Shown piece after piece: positions 25,380 to 39,344 of a DNA stretch of 64,000 bases. This DNA is from Eledone cirrhosa. Its lineage: Eukaryota. Within the stretch, counting starts at the first letter, position 1, and each line of letters begins with the position of its first letter. Location of the stretch: NCBI GenBank assembly GCA_964016885.1, contig OZ024743.1, positions 92,814,001-92,878,000 of the forward strand. The letters are read 5' to 3'. The translations under genes were made by a program, and so were the position numbers. The notes beneath the pieces are model-generated. The model had not been told where the DNA came from. It worked only from the letters and a program-made list of their open reading frames with translations, and searched no databases.

Positions 25380-26132
25380 TTTAATTTTTTTTTTTTTTTT
25401 TTCATTAATATCTTTACAGAGCTATTTATTTTTTTAGTTCGGTGACCGCTTAGGAAACCGAGCTGCTGTATACATTTCCATTTTTCTTTCTTTTAGTTTC
25501 TTTCTTTTGCAAGCTTCTCTCGCCAATGTCTGTTAGTTTCAAAATAATTAGGCACGCAAACTTTTTCCTCTCTTTCAACCCTACCCTTCGCATACACACC
25601 ACTGCAAACGTCTTAAAAGCTACCGACTGCAAAAACAGAGTTTCTTGATAATTTCAGATATTTCAAACTTTTATTCCGTTCGCCTTCCGAAGTAGTGAGC
25701 CTGCTATATACTCTAGAAAATATTTATTGAACAGAGATTTGGCTGCTTTTTCTAGCAGGTAAAATTAGCACATTTCTTTAGAGCCGTTCGAATCGAACAT
25801 TATCCACATCTGTAATAATTAATTCGGAATGGGTATCGTAGCTAGTTATTTGGCTAAGTTATATAAACAAAAAGACAACATAAGTTTTAAAGACAGCAAT
25901 ATCGAGAGCTATGCGACACTCTCGTAGTTAATAACGTGTGTTAATTTAAAAGTTAGATGAGATTTATGTAAAATTTTATTAAGCAACCTAAATTGCTTGA
26001 AAATACTGTGTTATACGGTTGAAAGTAAGAAAAATGTTTAATAGAAAATTAAAATATAAAAATTATCGTAAAAGAAAGGTGTTTAGTGAGTTGTTTTATA
26101 CAATAAAACTATTAAATTCAGCATAAGCTTTC

Positions 26133-26251
26133 GTTTACGGCCAGATCACGCTGACAACACCGGTTCTCGTCCGATCACCGAAGTTAAGCAACGTCGAGCC
26201 TAGTTAGTACTTGGATGGGTGACCGCCTGGGAACCCTAGGTGCCGTAAGCG
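26133..26251 (+). rRNA. RNA5S: 5S rRNA (T12G)
   Basis: Consensus + 1 SNP. Confidence 0.94.
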
Positions 26252-27008
26252 TTTAATTTTTTTTTTTTTTTTTTTTTTTCATTAATATCTTTACAGAGCT
26301 ATTTATTTTTTTAGTTCGGTGACCGCTTAGGAAACCGAGCTGCTGTATACATTTCCATTTTTCTTTCTTTTAGTTTCTTTCTTTTGCAAGCTTCTCTCGC
26401 CAATGTCTGTTAGTTTCAAAATAATTAGGCACGCAAACTTTTTCCTCTCTTTCAACCCTACCCTTCGCATACACACCACTGCAAACGTCTTAAAAGCTAC
26501 CGACTGCAAAATCAGAGTTTCTTGATAATTTCAGATATTTCAAACTTTTATTCCGTTCGCCTTCCGAAGTAGTGAGCCTGCTATATACTCTAGAAAATAT
26601 TTATTGAACAGAGATTTGGCTGCTTTTTCTAGCAGGTAAAATTAGCACATTTCTTTAGAGCCGTTCGAATCGAACATTATCCACATCTGTAATAATTAAT
26701 TCGGAATGGGTATCGTAGCTAGTTATTTGGCCAAGTTATATAAACAAAAAACAACATAAGTTTTAAAGACGGCAATATCGACAGCTATGCAACACTCTCG
26801 TAGTTAATAACGTGTGTTAATTTAAAAGTTAGATGAGATTTATGTAAAATTTTATTAAGCAACCTAAATTGCTTGAAAATACTGTGTTATACGGTTGAAA
26901 GGAAGAAAAATGTTTAATAGAAAATTAAAATATAAAAATTATCGTAAAAGAAAGCTGTTTAGTGAGTTGTTTTATACAATAAAACTATTAAATTCAGCAT
27001 AAGCTTTC

Positions 27009-27127
27009 GTTTACGGCCATATCACGCTGACAACACCGGTTCTCGTCCGATCACCGAAGTTAAGCAACGTCGAGCCTAGTTAGTACTTGGATGGGTGACC
27101 GCCTGGGAACCCTAGGTGCCGTAAGCG
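27009..27127 (+). rRNA. RNA5S: 5S rRNA
   Basis: Array consensus. Confidence 0.97.
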
Positions 27128-27879
27128 TTTAATTTTTTTTTTTTTTTTCATTAATATCTTTACAGAGCTATTTATTTTTTTTAGTTCGGTGACCGCTTAG
27201 GAAACCGAGCTGCTCTATACATTTCCATTTTTCTTTCTTTTAGTTTCTTTCTTTTGCAAGCTTCTCTCGCCAATGTCTGTTAGTTTCAAAATAATTAGGC
27301 ACGCAAACTTTTTCCTCTCTTTCAACCCTACCCTTCGCATACACACCACTGCAAACGTCTTAAAAGCTACCGACTGCAAAAACAGAGTTTCTTGATAATT
27401 TCAGATATTTCAAACTTTTATTCCGTTCGCCTTCCGAAGTAGTGAGCCTGCTATATACTCTAGAAAATATTTATTGAACAGAGATTTGGCTGCTTTTTCT
27501 AGCAGGTAAAATTAGCACATTTCTTTAGAGCCGTTCGAATCGAACATTATCCACATCTGTAATAATTAATTCGGAATGGGTATCGTAGCTAGTTATTTGG
27601 CTAAGTTATATAAACAAAAAGACAACATAAGTTTTAAAGACAGCAATATCGAGAGCTATGCGACACTCTCGTAGTTAATAACGTGTGTTAATTTAAAAGT
27701 TAGATGAGATTTATGTAAAATTTTATTAAGCAACCTAAATTGCTTGAAAATACTGTGTTATACGGTTGAAAGTAAGAAAAATGTTTAATAGAAAATTAAA
27801 ATATAAAAATTATCGTAAAAGAAAGGTGTTTAGTGAGTTGTTTTATACAATAAAACTATTAAATTCAGCATAAGCTTTC

Positions 27880-27998
27880 GTTTACGGCCATATCACGCTG
27901 ACAACACCGGTTCTCGTCCGATCACCGAAGTTAAGCAACGTCGAGCCTAGTTAGTACTTGGATGGGTGACCGCCTGGGAACCCTAGGTGCCGTAAGCG
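27880..27998 (+). rRNA. RNA5S: 5S rRNA
   Basis: Array consensus. Confidence 0.97.
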
Positions 27999-28756
27999 TT
28001 TAATTTTTTTTTTTTTTTTTTTTTTTCATTAATATCTTTACAGAGCTATTTATTTTTTTAGTTCGGTGACCGCTTAGGAAACCGAGCTGCTGTATACATT
28101 TCCATTTTTCTTTCTTTTAGTTTCTTTCTTTTGCAAGCTTCTCTCGCCAATGTCTGTTAGTTTCAAAATAATTAGGCACGCAAACTTTTTCCTCTCTTTC
28201 AACCCTACCCTTCGCATACACACCACTGCAAACGTCTTAAAAGCTACCGACTGCAAAAACAGAGTTTCTTGATAATTTCAGATATTTCAAACTTTTATTC
28301 CGTTCGCCTTCCGAAGTAGTGAGCCTGCTATATACTCTAGAAAATATTTATTGAACAGAGATTTGGCTGCTTTTTCTAGCAGGTAAAATTAGCACATTTC
28401 TTTAGAGCCGTTCGAATCGAACATTATCCACATCTGTAATAATTAATTCGGAATGCGTATCGTAGCTAGTTATTTGGCCAAGTTATATAAACAAAAAGAC
28501 AACATAAGTTTTAAAGACAGCAATATCGAGAGCTATGCGACACTCTCGTAGTTAATAACGTGTGTTAATTTAAAAGTTAGATGAGATTTATGTAAAATTT
28601 TATTAAGCAACCTAAATTGCTTGAAAATACTGTGTTATACGGTTGAAAGTAAGAAAAATGTTTAATAGAAAATTAAAATATAAAAATTATCGTAAAAGAA
28701 AGGTGTTTAGTGAGTTGTTTTATACAATAAAACTATTAAATTCAGCATAAGCTTTC

Positions 28757-28875
28757 GTTTACGGCCATATCACGCTGACAACACCGGTTCTCGTCCGATC
28801 ACCGAAGTTAAGCAACGTTGAGCCTAGTTAGTACTTGGATGGGTGACCGCCTGGGAACCCTAGGTGCCGTAAGCG
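28757..28875 (+). rRNA. RNA5S: 5S rRNA (C63T)
   Basis: Consensus + 1 SNP at the helix II bulge. Confidence 0.95.
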
Positions 28876-29626
28876 TTTAATTTTTTTTTTTTTTTTCATT
28901 AATATCTTTACAGAGCTATTTATTTTTTTTAGTTCGGTGACCGCTTAGGAAACCGAGCTGCTGTATACATTTCCATTTTTCTTTCTTTTAGTTTCTTTCT
29001 TTTGCAAGCTTCTCTCGCCAATGTATGTTAGTTTCGAAATAATTAGGCACGCAAACTTTTTCCTTTCTTTCAACCTTACCCTTCGGATACACACCACTGC
29101 AAACGTCTTAAAAGCTACCGACTGCAAAATCAGAGTTTCTTGATAATTTCAGATATTTCAAACTTTTATTCCGTTCGCCTTCCGAAGTAGTGAGCCTGCT
29201 ATATACTCTAGAAAATATTTATTGAACAGAGATTTGGCTGCTTTTTCTAGCAGGTAAAATTAGCACATTTCTTTAGAGCCGTTCGAATCGAACATTATCC
29301 ACATCTGTAATAATTAATTCGGAATGGGTATCGTAGCTAGTTATTTGGCCAAGTTATATAAACAAAAAACAACATAAGTTTTAAAGACGGCAATATCGAC
29401 AGCTATGCAACACTCTCGTAGTTAATAACGTGTGTTAATTTAAAAGTTAGATGAGATTTATGTAAAATTTTATTAAGCAACCTAAATTGCTTGAAAATAC
29501 TGTGTTATACGGTTGAAAGTAAGAAAAATGTTTAATAGAAAATTAAAATATAAAAATTATCGTAAAAGAAAGGTGTTTAGTGAGTTGTTTTATACAATAA
29601 AACTATTAAATTCAGCATAAGCTTTC

Positions 29627-29745
29627 GTTTACGGCCATATCACGCTGACAACACCGGTTCTCGTCCGATCACCGAAGTTAAGCAACGTCGAGCCTAGTTA
29701 GTACTTGGATGGGTGACCGCCTGGGAACCCTAGGTGCCGTAAGCG
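29627..29745 (+). rRNA. RNA5S: 5S rRNA
   Basis: Array consensus. Confidence 0.97.
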
Positions 29746-30497
29746 TTTAATTTTTTTTTTTTTTTTCATTAATATCTTTACAGAGCTATTTATTTTTTTT
29801 AGTTCGGTGACCGCTTAGGAAACCGAGCTGCTCTATACATTTCCATTTTTCTTTCTTTTAGTTTCTTTCTTTTGCAAGCTTCTCTCGCCAATGTCTGTTA
29901 GTTTCAAAATAATTAGGCACGCAAACTTTTTCCTTTCTTTCAACCCTACCCTTCGCATACACACCACTGCAAACGTCTTAAAAGCTACCGACTGCAAAAA
30001 CAGAGTTTCTTGATAATTTCAGATATTTCAAACTTTTATTCCGTTCGCCTTCCGAAGTAGTGAGCCTGCTATATACTCTAGAAAATATTTATTGAACAGA
30101 GATTTGGCTGCTTTTTCTAGCAGGTAAAATTAGCACATTTCTTTAGAGCCGTTCGAATCGAACATTATCCACATCTGTAATAATTAATTCGGAATGGGTA
30201 TCGTAGCTAGTTATTTGGCCAAGTTATATAAACAAAAAGACAACATAAGTTTTAAAGACAGCAATATCGACAGCTATGCGACACTCTCGTAGTTAATAAC
30301 GTGTGTTAATTTAAAAGTTAGATGAGATTTATGTAAAATTTTATTAAGCAACCTAAATTGCTTGAAAATACTGTGTTATACGGTTGAAAGTAAGAAAAAT
30401 GTTTAATAGAAAATTAAAATATAAAAATTATCGTAAAAGAAAGGTGTTTAGTGAGTTGTTTTATACAATAAAACTATTAAATTCAGCATAAGCTTTC

Positions 30498-30616
30498 GTT
30501 TACGGCCATATCACGCTGACAACACCGGTTCTCGTCCGATCACCGAAGTTAAGCAACGTCGAGCCTAGTTAGTACTTGGATGGGTGACCGCCTGGGAACC
30601 CTAGGTGCCGTAAGCG
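30498..30616 (+). rRNA. RNA5S: 5S rRNA
   Basis: Array consensus. Confidence 0.97.
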
Positions 30617-31368
30617 TTTAATTTTTTTTTTTTTTTTCATTAATATCTTTACAGAGCTATTTATTTTTTTTAGTTCGGTGACCGCTTAGGAAACCGAGCT
30701 GCTCTATACATTTCCATTTTTCTTTCTTTTAGTTTCTTTCTTTTGCAAGCTTCTCTCGCCAATGTCTGTTAGTTTCAAAATAATTAGGCACGCAAACTTT
30801 TTCCTTTCTTTCAACCCTACCCTTCGCATACACACCACTGCAAACGTCTTAAAAGCTACCGACTGCAAAAACAGAGTTTCTTGATAATTTCAGATATTTC
30901 AAACTTTTATTCCGTTCGCCTTCCGAAGTAGTGAGCCTGCTATATACTCTAGAAAATATTTATTGAACAGAGATTTGGCTGCTTTTTCTAGCAGGTAAAA
31001 TTAGCACATTTCTTTAGAGCCGTTCGAATCGAACATTATCCACATCTGTAATAATTAATTCGGAATGGGTATCGTAGCTAGTTATTTGGCCAAGTTATAT
31101 AAACAAAAAGACAACATAAGTTTTAAAGACAGCAATATCGACAGCTATGCGACACTCTCGTAGTTAATAACGTGTGTTAATTTAAAAGTTAGATGAGATT
31201 TATGTAAAATTTTATTAAGCAACCTAAATTGCTTGAAAATACTGTGTTATACGGTTGAAAGTAAGAAAAATGTTTAATAGAAAATTAAAATATAAAAATT
31301 ATCGTAAAAGAAAGGTGTTTAGTGAGTTGTTTTATACAATAAAACTATTAAATTCAGCATAAGCTTTC

Positions 31369-31487
31369 GTTTACGGCCGTATCACGCTGACAACACCGGT
31401 TCTCGTCCGATCACCGAAGTTAAACAACGTCGAGTCTAGTTAGTACTTGTATGGGTGACCGACTGGGAACCCTAGGTGCTGTAGGCG
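31369..31487 (+). rRNA. RNA5S: 5S rRNA, divergent isoform (A11G, G56A, C67T, G82T, C94A, C112T, A116G)
   Basis: 7 substitutions, 5 of which keep base-pairing; expression unknown. Confidence 0.85.
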
Positions 31488-32239
31488 TTTAATTTTTTTT
31501 TTTTTTTTCATTAATATCTTTACAGAGCTATTTATTTTTTTTAGTTCGGTGACCGCTTAGGAAACCGAGCTGCTGTATACATTTCCATTTTTCTTTCTTT
31601 TAGTTTCTTTCTTTTGCAAGCTTCTCTCGCCAATGTATGTTAGTTTCAAAATAATTAGGCACGCAAACTTTTTCCTTTCTTTCAACCCTACCCTTCGCAT
31701 ACACACCACTGCAAACGTCTTAAAAGCTACCGACTGCAAAATCAGAGTTTCTTGATAATTTCAGATATTTCAAACTTTTATTCCGTTCGCCTTCCGAAGT
31801 AGTGAGCCTGCTATATACTCTAGAAAATATTTATTGAACAGAGATTTGGCTGCTTTTTCTAGCAGGTAAAATTAGCACATTTCTTTAGAGCCGTTCGAAT
31901 CGGACATTATCCACATCTGTAATAATTAATTCGGAATGGGTATCGTAGCTAGTTATTTGGCCAAGTTATATAAACAAAAAGACAACATAAGTTTTAAAGA
32001 CAGCGATATCGACAGCTATGCGACACTCTCGTAGTTAATAACGTGTGTTAATTTAAAAGTTAGATGAGATTTATGTAAAATGTTATTAAGCAACCTAAAT
32101 TGCTTGAAAATACTGTGTTATACGGTTGAAAGTAAGAAAAATGTTTAATAGAAAATTAAAATATAAAAATTATCGTAAAAGAAAGGTGTTTAGTGAGTTG
32201 TTTTATACAATAAAACTATTAAATTCAGCATAAGCTTTC

Positions 32240-32358
32240 GTTTACGGCCATATCACGCTGACAACACCGGTTCTCGTCCGATCACCGAAGTTAAGCAACG
32301 TCGAGCCTAGTTAGTACTTGGATGGGTGACCGCCTGGGAACCCTAGGTGCCGTAAGCG
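32240..32358 (+). rRNA. RNA5S: 5S rRNA
   Basis: Array consensus. Confidence 0.97.
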
Positions 32359-33116
32359 TTTAATTTTTTTTTTTTTTTTTTTTTTTTCATTAATATCTTT
32401 ACAGAGCTATTTATTTTTTTAGTTCGGTGACCGCTTAGGAAACCGAGCTGCTGTATACATTTCCATTTTTCTTTCTTTTAGTTTCTTTCTTTTGCAAGCT
32501 TCTCTCGCCAATGTCTGTTAGTTTCAAAATAATTAGGCACGCAAACTTTTTCCTCTCTTTCAACCCTACCCTTCGCATACACACCACTGCAAACGTCTTA
32601 AAAGCTACCGACTGCAAAAACAGAGTTTCTTGATAATTTCAGATATTTCAAACTTTTATTCCGTTCGCCTTCCGAAGTAGTGAGCCTGCTATATACTCTA
32701 GAAAATATTTATTGAACAGAGATTTGGCTGCTTTTTCTAGCAGGTAAAATTAGCACATTTCTTTAGAGCCGTTCGAATCGAACATTATCCACATCTGTAA
32801 TAATTAATTCGGAATGGGTATCGTAGCTAGTTATTTGGCTAAGTTATATAAACAAAAAGACAACATAAGTTTTAAAGACAGCAATATCGAGAGCTATGCG
32901 ACACTCTCGTAGTTAATAACGTGTGTTAATTTAAAAGTTAGATGAGATTTATGTAAAATTTTATTAAGCAACCTAAATTGCTTGAAAATACTGTGTTATA
33001 CGGTTGAAAGTAAGAAAAATGTTTAATAGAAAATTAAAATATAAAAATTATCGTAAAAGAAAGGTGTTTAGTGAGTTGTTTTATACAATAAACTATTAAA
33101 TTCAGCATAAGCTTTC

Positions 33117-33235
33117 GTTTACGGCCATATCACGCTGACAACACCGGTTCTCGTCCGATCACCGAAGTTAAGCAACGTCGAGCCTAGTTAGTACTTGGAT
33201 GGGTGACCGCCTGGGAACCCTAGGTGCCGTAAGCG
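33117..33235 (+). rRNA. RNA5S: 5S rRNA
   Basis: Array consensus. Confidence 0.97.
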
Positions 33236-33995
33236 TTTAATTTTTTTTTTTTTTTTTTTTTTTTCATTAATATCTTTACAGAGCTATTTATTTTTTTAGT
33301 TCGGTGACCGCTTAGGAAACCGAGCTGCTGTATACATTTCCATTTTTCTTTCTTTTAGTTTCTTTCTTTTGCAAGCTTCTCTCGCCAATGTCTGTTAGTT
33401 TCAAAATAATTAGGCACGCAAACTTTTTTCCTTTCTTTCAACCCTACCCTTCGCATACACACCACTGTAAACGTCTTAAAAGCTACCGACTGCAAAATCA
33501 GAGTTTCTTGATAATTTCAGATATTTCAAACTTTTATTCCGTTCGCCTTCCGAAGTAGTGAGCCTGCTGTATACTCTAGAAAATATTTATTGAACAGAGA
33601 TTTGGCTGCTTTTTCTAGCAGGTAAAATTAGCACATTTCTTTAGAGCCGTTCGAATCGAACATTATCCACATCTGTAATAATTAATTCGGAATGGGTATC
33701 GTAGCTAGTTATTTGGCCAAGTTATATAAACAAAAAGACAACATAAGTTTTAAAGACAGCAATATGGACAGCTATGCGACACTCTCGTAGTTAATAACGT
33801 GTGTTAATTTAAAAGTTAGATGAGATTTATGTAAAATTTTATTAAGCAACCTAAATTGCTTGAAAATACTGTGTTATACGGTTGAAAGTAAGAAAAATGT
33901 TTAATAGAAAATTAAAATATAAAAATTATCGTAAAAGAAAGGTGTTTAGTGAGTTGTTTTATACAATAAAACTATTAAATTCAGCATAAGCTTTC

Positions 33996-34114
33996 GTTTA
34001 CGGCCATATCACGCTGACAACACCGGTTCTCGTCCGATCACCGAAGTTAAGCAACGTTGAGCCTAATTAGTACTTGGATGGGTGACCGCCTGGGAACCCT
34101 AGGTGCCGTAAGCG
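33996..34114 (+). rRNA. RNA5S: 5S rRNA (C63T, G71A)
   Basis: Consensus + 2 SNPs. Confidence 0.92.
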
Positions 34115-34865
34115 TTTAATTTTTTTTTTTTTTTTCATTAATATCTTTACAGAGCTATTTATTTTTTTTAGTTCGGTGACCGCTTAGGAAACCGAGCTGC
34201 TGTATACATTTCCATTTTTCTTTCTTTTAGTTTCTTTCTTTTGCAAGCTTCTCTCGCCAATGTCTGTTAGTTTCAAAATAATTAGGCACGCAAACTTTTT
34301 CCTCTCTTTCAACCCTACCCTTCGCATACACACCACTGCAAACGTCTTAAAAGCTACCGACTGCAAAATCAGAGTTTCTTGATAATTTCAGATATTTCAA
34401 ACTTTTATTCCGTTCGCCTTCCGAAGTAGTGAGCCTGCTATATACTCTAGAAAATATTTATTGAACAGAGATTTGGCTGCTTTTTCTAGCAGGTAAAATT
34501 AGCACATTTCTTTAGAGCCGTTCGAATCGAACATTATCCACATCTGTAATAATTAATTCGGAATGGGTATCGTAGCTAGTTATTTGGCCAAGTTATATAA
34601 ACAAAAAACAACATAAGTTTTAAAGACGGCAATATCGACAGCTATGCAACACTCTCGTAGTTAATAACGTGTGTTAATTTAAAAGTTAGATGAGATTTAT
34701 GTAAAATTTTATTAAGCAACCTAAATTGCTTGAAAATACTGTGTTATACGGTTGAAAGGAAGAAAAATGTTTAATAGAAAATTAAAATATAAAAATTATC
34801 GTAAAAGAAAGCTGTTTAGTGAGTTGTTTTATACAATAAAACTATTAAATTCAGCATAAGCTTTC

Positions 34866-34984
34866 GTTTACGGCCATATCACGCTGACAACACCGGTTCT
34901 CGTCCGATCACCGAAGTTAAGCAACGTCGAGCCTAGTTAGTACTTGGATGGGTGACCGCCTGGGAACCCTAGGTGCCGTAAGCG
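34866..34984 (+). rRNA. RNA5S: 5S rRNA
   Basis: Array consensus. Confidence 0.97.
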
Positions 34985-35736
34985 TTTAATTTTTTTTTTT
35001 TTTTTCATTAATATCTTTACAGAGCTATTTATTTTTTTTAGTTCGGTGACCGCTTAGGAAACCGAGCTGCTCTATACATTTCCATTTTTCTTTCTTTTAG
35101 TTTCTTTCTTTTGCAAGCTTCTCTCGCCAATGTCTGTTAGTTTCAAAATAATTAGGCACGCAAACTTTTTCCTCTCTTTCAACCCTACCCTTCGCATACA
35201 CACCACTGCAAACGTCTTAAAAGCTACCGACTGCAAAAACAGAGTTTCTTGATAATTTCAGATATTTCAAACTTTTATTCCGTTCGCCTTCCGAAGTAGT
35301 GAGCCTGCTATATACTCTAGAAAATATTTATTGAACAGAGATTTGGCTGCTTTTTCTAGCAGGTAAAATTAGCACATTTCTTTAGAGCCGTTCGAATCGA
35401 ACATTATCCACATCTGTAATAATTAATTCGGAATGGGTATCGTAGCTAGTTATTTGGCTAAGTTATATAAACAAAAAGACAACATAAGTTTTAAAGACAG
35501 CAATATCGAGAGCTATGCGACACTCTCGTAGTTAATAACGTGTGTTAATTTAAAAGTTAGATGAGATTTATGTAAAATTTTATTAAGCAACCTAAATTGC
35601 TTGAAAATACTGTGTTATACGGTTGAAAGTAAGAAAAATGTTTAATAGAAAATTAAAATATAAAAATTATCGTAAAAGAAAGGTGTTTAGTGAGTTGTTT
35701 TATACAATAAAACTATTAAATTCAGCATAAGCTTTC

Positions 35737-35855
35737 GTTTACGGCCATATCACGCTGACAACACCGGTTCTCGTCCGATCACCGAAGTTAAGCAACGTCG
35801 AGCCTAGTTAGTACTTGGATGGGTGACCGCCTGGGAACCCTAGGTGCCGTAAGCG
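35737..35855 (+). rRNA. RNA5S: 5S rRNA
   Basis: Array consensus. Confidence 0.97.
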
Positions 35856-36613
35856 TTTAATTTTTTTTTTTTTTTTTTTTTTTCATTAATATCTTTACAG
35901 AGCTATTTATTTTTTTAGTTCGGTGACCGCTTAGGAAACCGAGCTGCTGTATACATTTCCATTTTTCTTTCTTTTAGTTTCTTTCTTTTGCAAGCTTCTC
36001 TCGCCAATGTCTGTTAGTTTCAAAATAATTAGGCACGCAAACTTTTTCCTCTCTTTCAACCCTACCCTTCGCATACACACCACTGCAAACGTCTTAAAAG
36101 CTACCGACTGCAAAAACAGAGTTTCTTGATAATTTCAGATATTTCAAACTTTTATTCCGTTCGCCTTCCGAAGTAGTGAGCCTGCTATATACTCTAGAAA
36201 ATATTTATTGAACAGAGATTTGGCTGCTTTTTCTAGCAGGTAAAATTAGCACATTTCTTTAGAGCCGTTCGAATCGAACATTATCCACATCTGTAATAAT
36301 TAATTCGGAATGCGTATCGTAGCTAGTTATTTGGCCAAGTTATATAAACAAAAAGACAACATAAGTTTTAAAGACAGCAATATCGAGAGCTATGCGACAC
36401 TCTCGTAGTTAATAACGTGTGTTAATTTAAAAGTTAGATGAGATTTATGTAAAATTTTATTAAGCAACCTAAATTGCTTGAAAATACTGTGTTATACGGT
36501 TGAAAGTAAGAAAAATGTTTAATAGAAAATTAAAATATAAAAATTATCGTAAAAGAAAGGTGTTTAGTGAGTTGTTTTATACAATAAAACTATTAAATTC
36601 AGCATAAGCTTTC

Positions 36614-36732
36614 GTTTACGGCCATATCACGCTGACAACACCGGTTCTCGTCCGATCACCGAAGTTAAGCAACGTTGAGCCTAGTTAGTACTTGGATGGG
36701 TGACCGCCTGGGAACCCTAGGTGCCGTAAGCG
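36614..36732 (+). rRNA. RNA5S: 5S rRNA (C63T)
   Basis: Consensus + 1 SNP. Confidence 0.95.
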
Positions 36733-37483
36733 TTTAATTTTTTTTTTTTTTTTCATTAATATCTTTACAGAGCTATTTATTTTTTTTAGTTCGGTGACCG
36801 CTTAGGAAACCGAGCTGCTGTATACATTTCCATTTTTCTTTCTTTTAGTTTCTTTCTTTTGCAAGCTTCTCTCGCCAATGTATGTTAGTTTCGAAATAAT
36901 TAGGCACGCAAACTTTTTCCTTTCTTTCAACCTTACCCTTCGGATACACACCACTGCAAACGTCTTAAAAGCTACCGACTGCAAAATCAGAGTTTCTTGA
37001 TAATTTCAGATATTTCAAACTTTTATTCCGTTCGCCTTCCGAAGTAGTGAGCCTGCTATATACTCTAGAAAATATTTATTGAACAGAGATTTGGCTGCTT
37101 TTTCTAGCAGGTAAAATTAGCACATTTCTTTAGAGCCGTTCGAATCGAACATTATCCACATCTGTAATAATTAATTCGGAATGGGTATCGTAGCTAGTTA
37201 TTTGGCCAAGTTATATAAACAAAAAACAACATAAGTTTTAAAGACGGCAATATCGACAGCTATGCAACACTCTCGTAGTTAATAACGTGTGTTAATTTAA
37301 AAGTTAGATGAGATTTATGTAAAATTTTATTAAGCAACCTAAATTGCTTGAAAATACTGTGTTATACGGTTGAAAGTAAGAAAAATGTTTAATAGAAAAT
37401 TAAAATATAAAAATTATCGTAAAAGAAAGGTGTTTAGTGAGTTGTTTTATACAATAAAACTATTAAATTCAGCATAAGCTTTC

Positions 37484-37602
37484 GTTTACGGCCATATCAC
37501 GCTGACAACACCGGTTCTCGTCCGATCACCGAAGTTAAGCAACGTCGAGCCTAGTTAGTACTTGGATGGGTGACCGCCTGGGAACCCTAGGTGCCGTAAG
37601 CG
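37484..37602 (+). rRNA. RNA5S: 5S rRNA
   Basis: Array consensus. Confidence 0.97.
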
Positions 37603-38354
37603 TTTAATTTTTTTTTTTTTTTTCATTAATATCTTTACAGAGCTATTTATTTTTTTTAGTTCGGTGACCGCTTAGGAAACCGAGCTGCTCTATACATTTC
37701 CATTTTTCTTTCTTTTAGTTTCTTTCTTTTGCAAGCTTCTCTCGCCAATGTCTGTTAGTTTCAAAATAATTAGGCACGCAAACTTTTTCCTTTCTTTCAA
37801 CCCTACCCTTCGCATACACACCACTGCAAACGTCTTAAAAGCTACCGACTGCAAAAACAGAGTTTCTTGATAATTTCAGATATTTCAAACTTTTATTCCG
37901 TTCGCCTTCCGAAGTAGTGAGCCTGCTATATACTCTAGAAAATATTTATTGAACAGAGATTTGGCTGCTTTTTCTAGCAGGTAAAATTAGCACATTTCTT
38001 TAGAGCCGTTCGAATCGAACATTATCCACATCTGTAATAATTAATTCGGAATGGGTATCGTAGCTAGTTATTTGGCCAAGTTATATAAACAAAAAGACAA
38101 CATAAGTTTTAAAGACAGCAATATCGACAGCTATGCGACACTCTCGTAGTTAATAACGTGTGTTAATTTAAAAGTTAGATGAGATTTATGTAAAATTTTA
38201 TTAAGCAACCTAAATTGCTTGAAAATACTGTGTTATACGGTTGAAAGTAAGAAAAATGTTTAATAGAAAATTAAAATATAAAAATTATCGTAAAAGAAAG
38301 GTGTTTAGTGAGTTGTTTTATACAATAAAACTATTAAATTCAGCATAAGCTTTC

Positions 38355-38473
38355 GTTTACGGCCATATCACGCTGACAACACCGGTTCTCGTCCGATCAC
38401 CGAAGTTAAGCAACGTCGAGCCTAGTTAGTACTTGGATGGGTGACCGCCTGGGAACCCTAGGTGCCGTAAGCG
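38355..38473 (+). rRNA. RNA5S: 5S rRNA
   Basis: Array consensus. Confidence 0.97.
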
Positions 38474-39225
38474 TTTAATTTTTTTTTTTTTTTTCATTAA
38501 TATCTTTACAGAGCTATTTATTTTTTTTAGTTCGGTGACCGCTTAGGAAACCGAGCTGCTCTATACATTTCCATTTTTCTTTCTTTTAGTTTCTTTCTTT
38601 TGCAAGCTTCTCTCGCCAATGTCTGTTAGTTTCAAAATAATTAGGCACGCAAACTTTTTCCTTTCTTTCAACCCTACCCTTCGCATACACACCACTGCAA
38701 ACGTCTTAAAAGCTACCGACTGCAAAAACAGAGTTTCTTGATAATTTCAGATATTTCAAACTTTTATTCCGTTCGCCTTCCGAAGTAGTGAGCCTGCTAT
38801 ATACTCTAGAAAATATTTATTGAACAGAGATTTGGCTGCTTTTTCTAGCAGGTAAAATTAGCACATTTCTTTAGAGCCGTTCGAATCGAACATTATCCAC
38901 ATCTGTAATAATTAATTCGGAATGGGTATCGTAGCTAGTTATTTGGCCAAGTTATATAAACAAAAAGACAACATAAGTTTTAAAGACAGCAATATCGACA
39001 GCTATGCGACACTCTCGTAGTTAATAACGTGTGTTAATTTAAAAGTTAGATGAGATTTATGTAAAATTTTATTAAGCAACCTAAATTGCTTGAAAATACT
39101 GTGTTATACGGTTGAAAGTAAGAAAAATGTTTAATAGAAAATTAAAATATAAAAATTATCGTAAAAGAAAGGTGTTTAGTGAGTTGTTTTATACAATAAA
39201 ACTATTAAATTCAGCATAAGCTTTC

Positions 39226-39344
39226 GTTTACGGCCATATCACGCTGACAACACCGGTTCTCGTCCGATCACCGAAGTTAAGCAACGTCGAGCCTAGTTAG
39301 TACTTGGATGGGTGACCGCCTGGGAACCCTAGGTGCCGTAAGCG
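39226..39344 (+). rRNA. RNA5S: 5S rRNA
   Basis: Array consensus. Confidence 0.97.
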
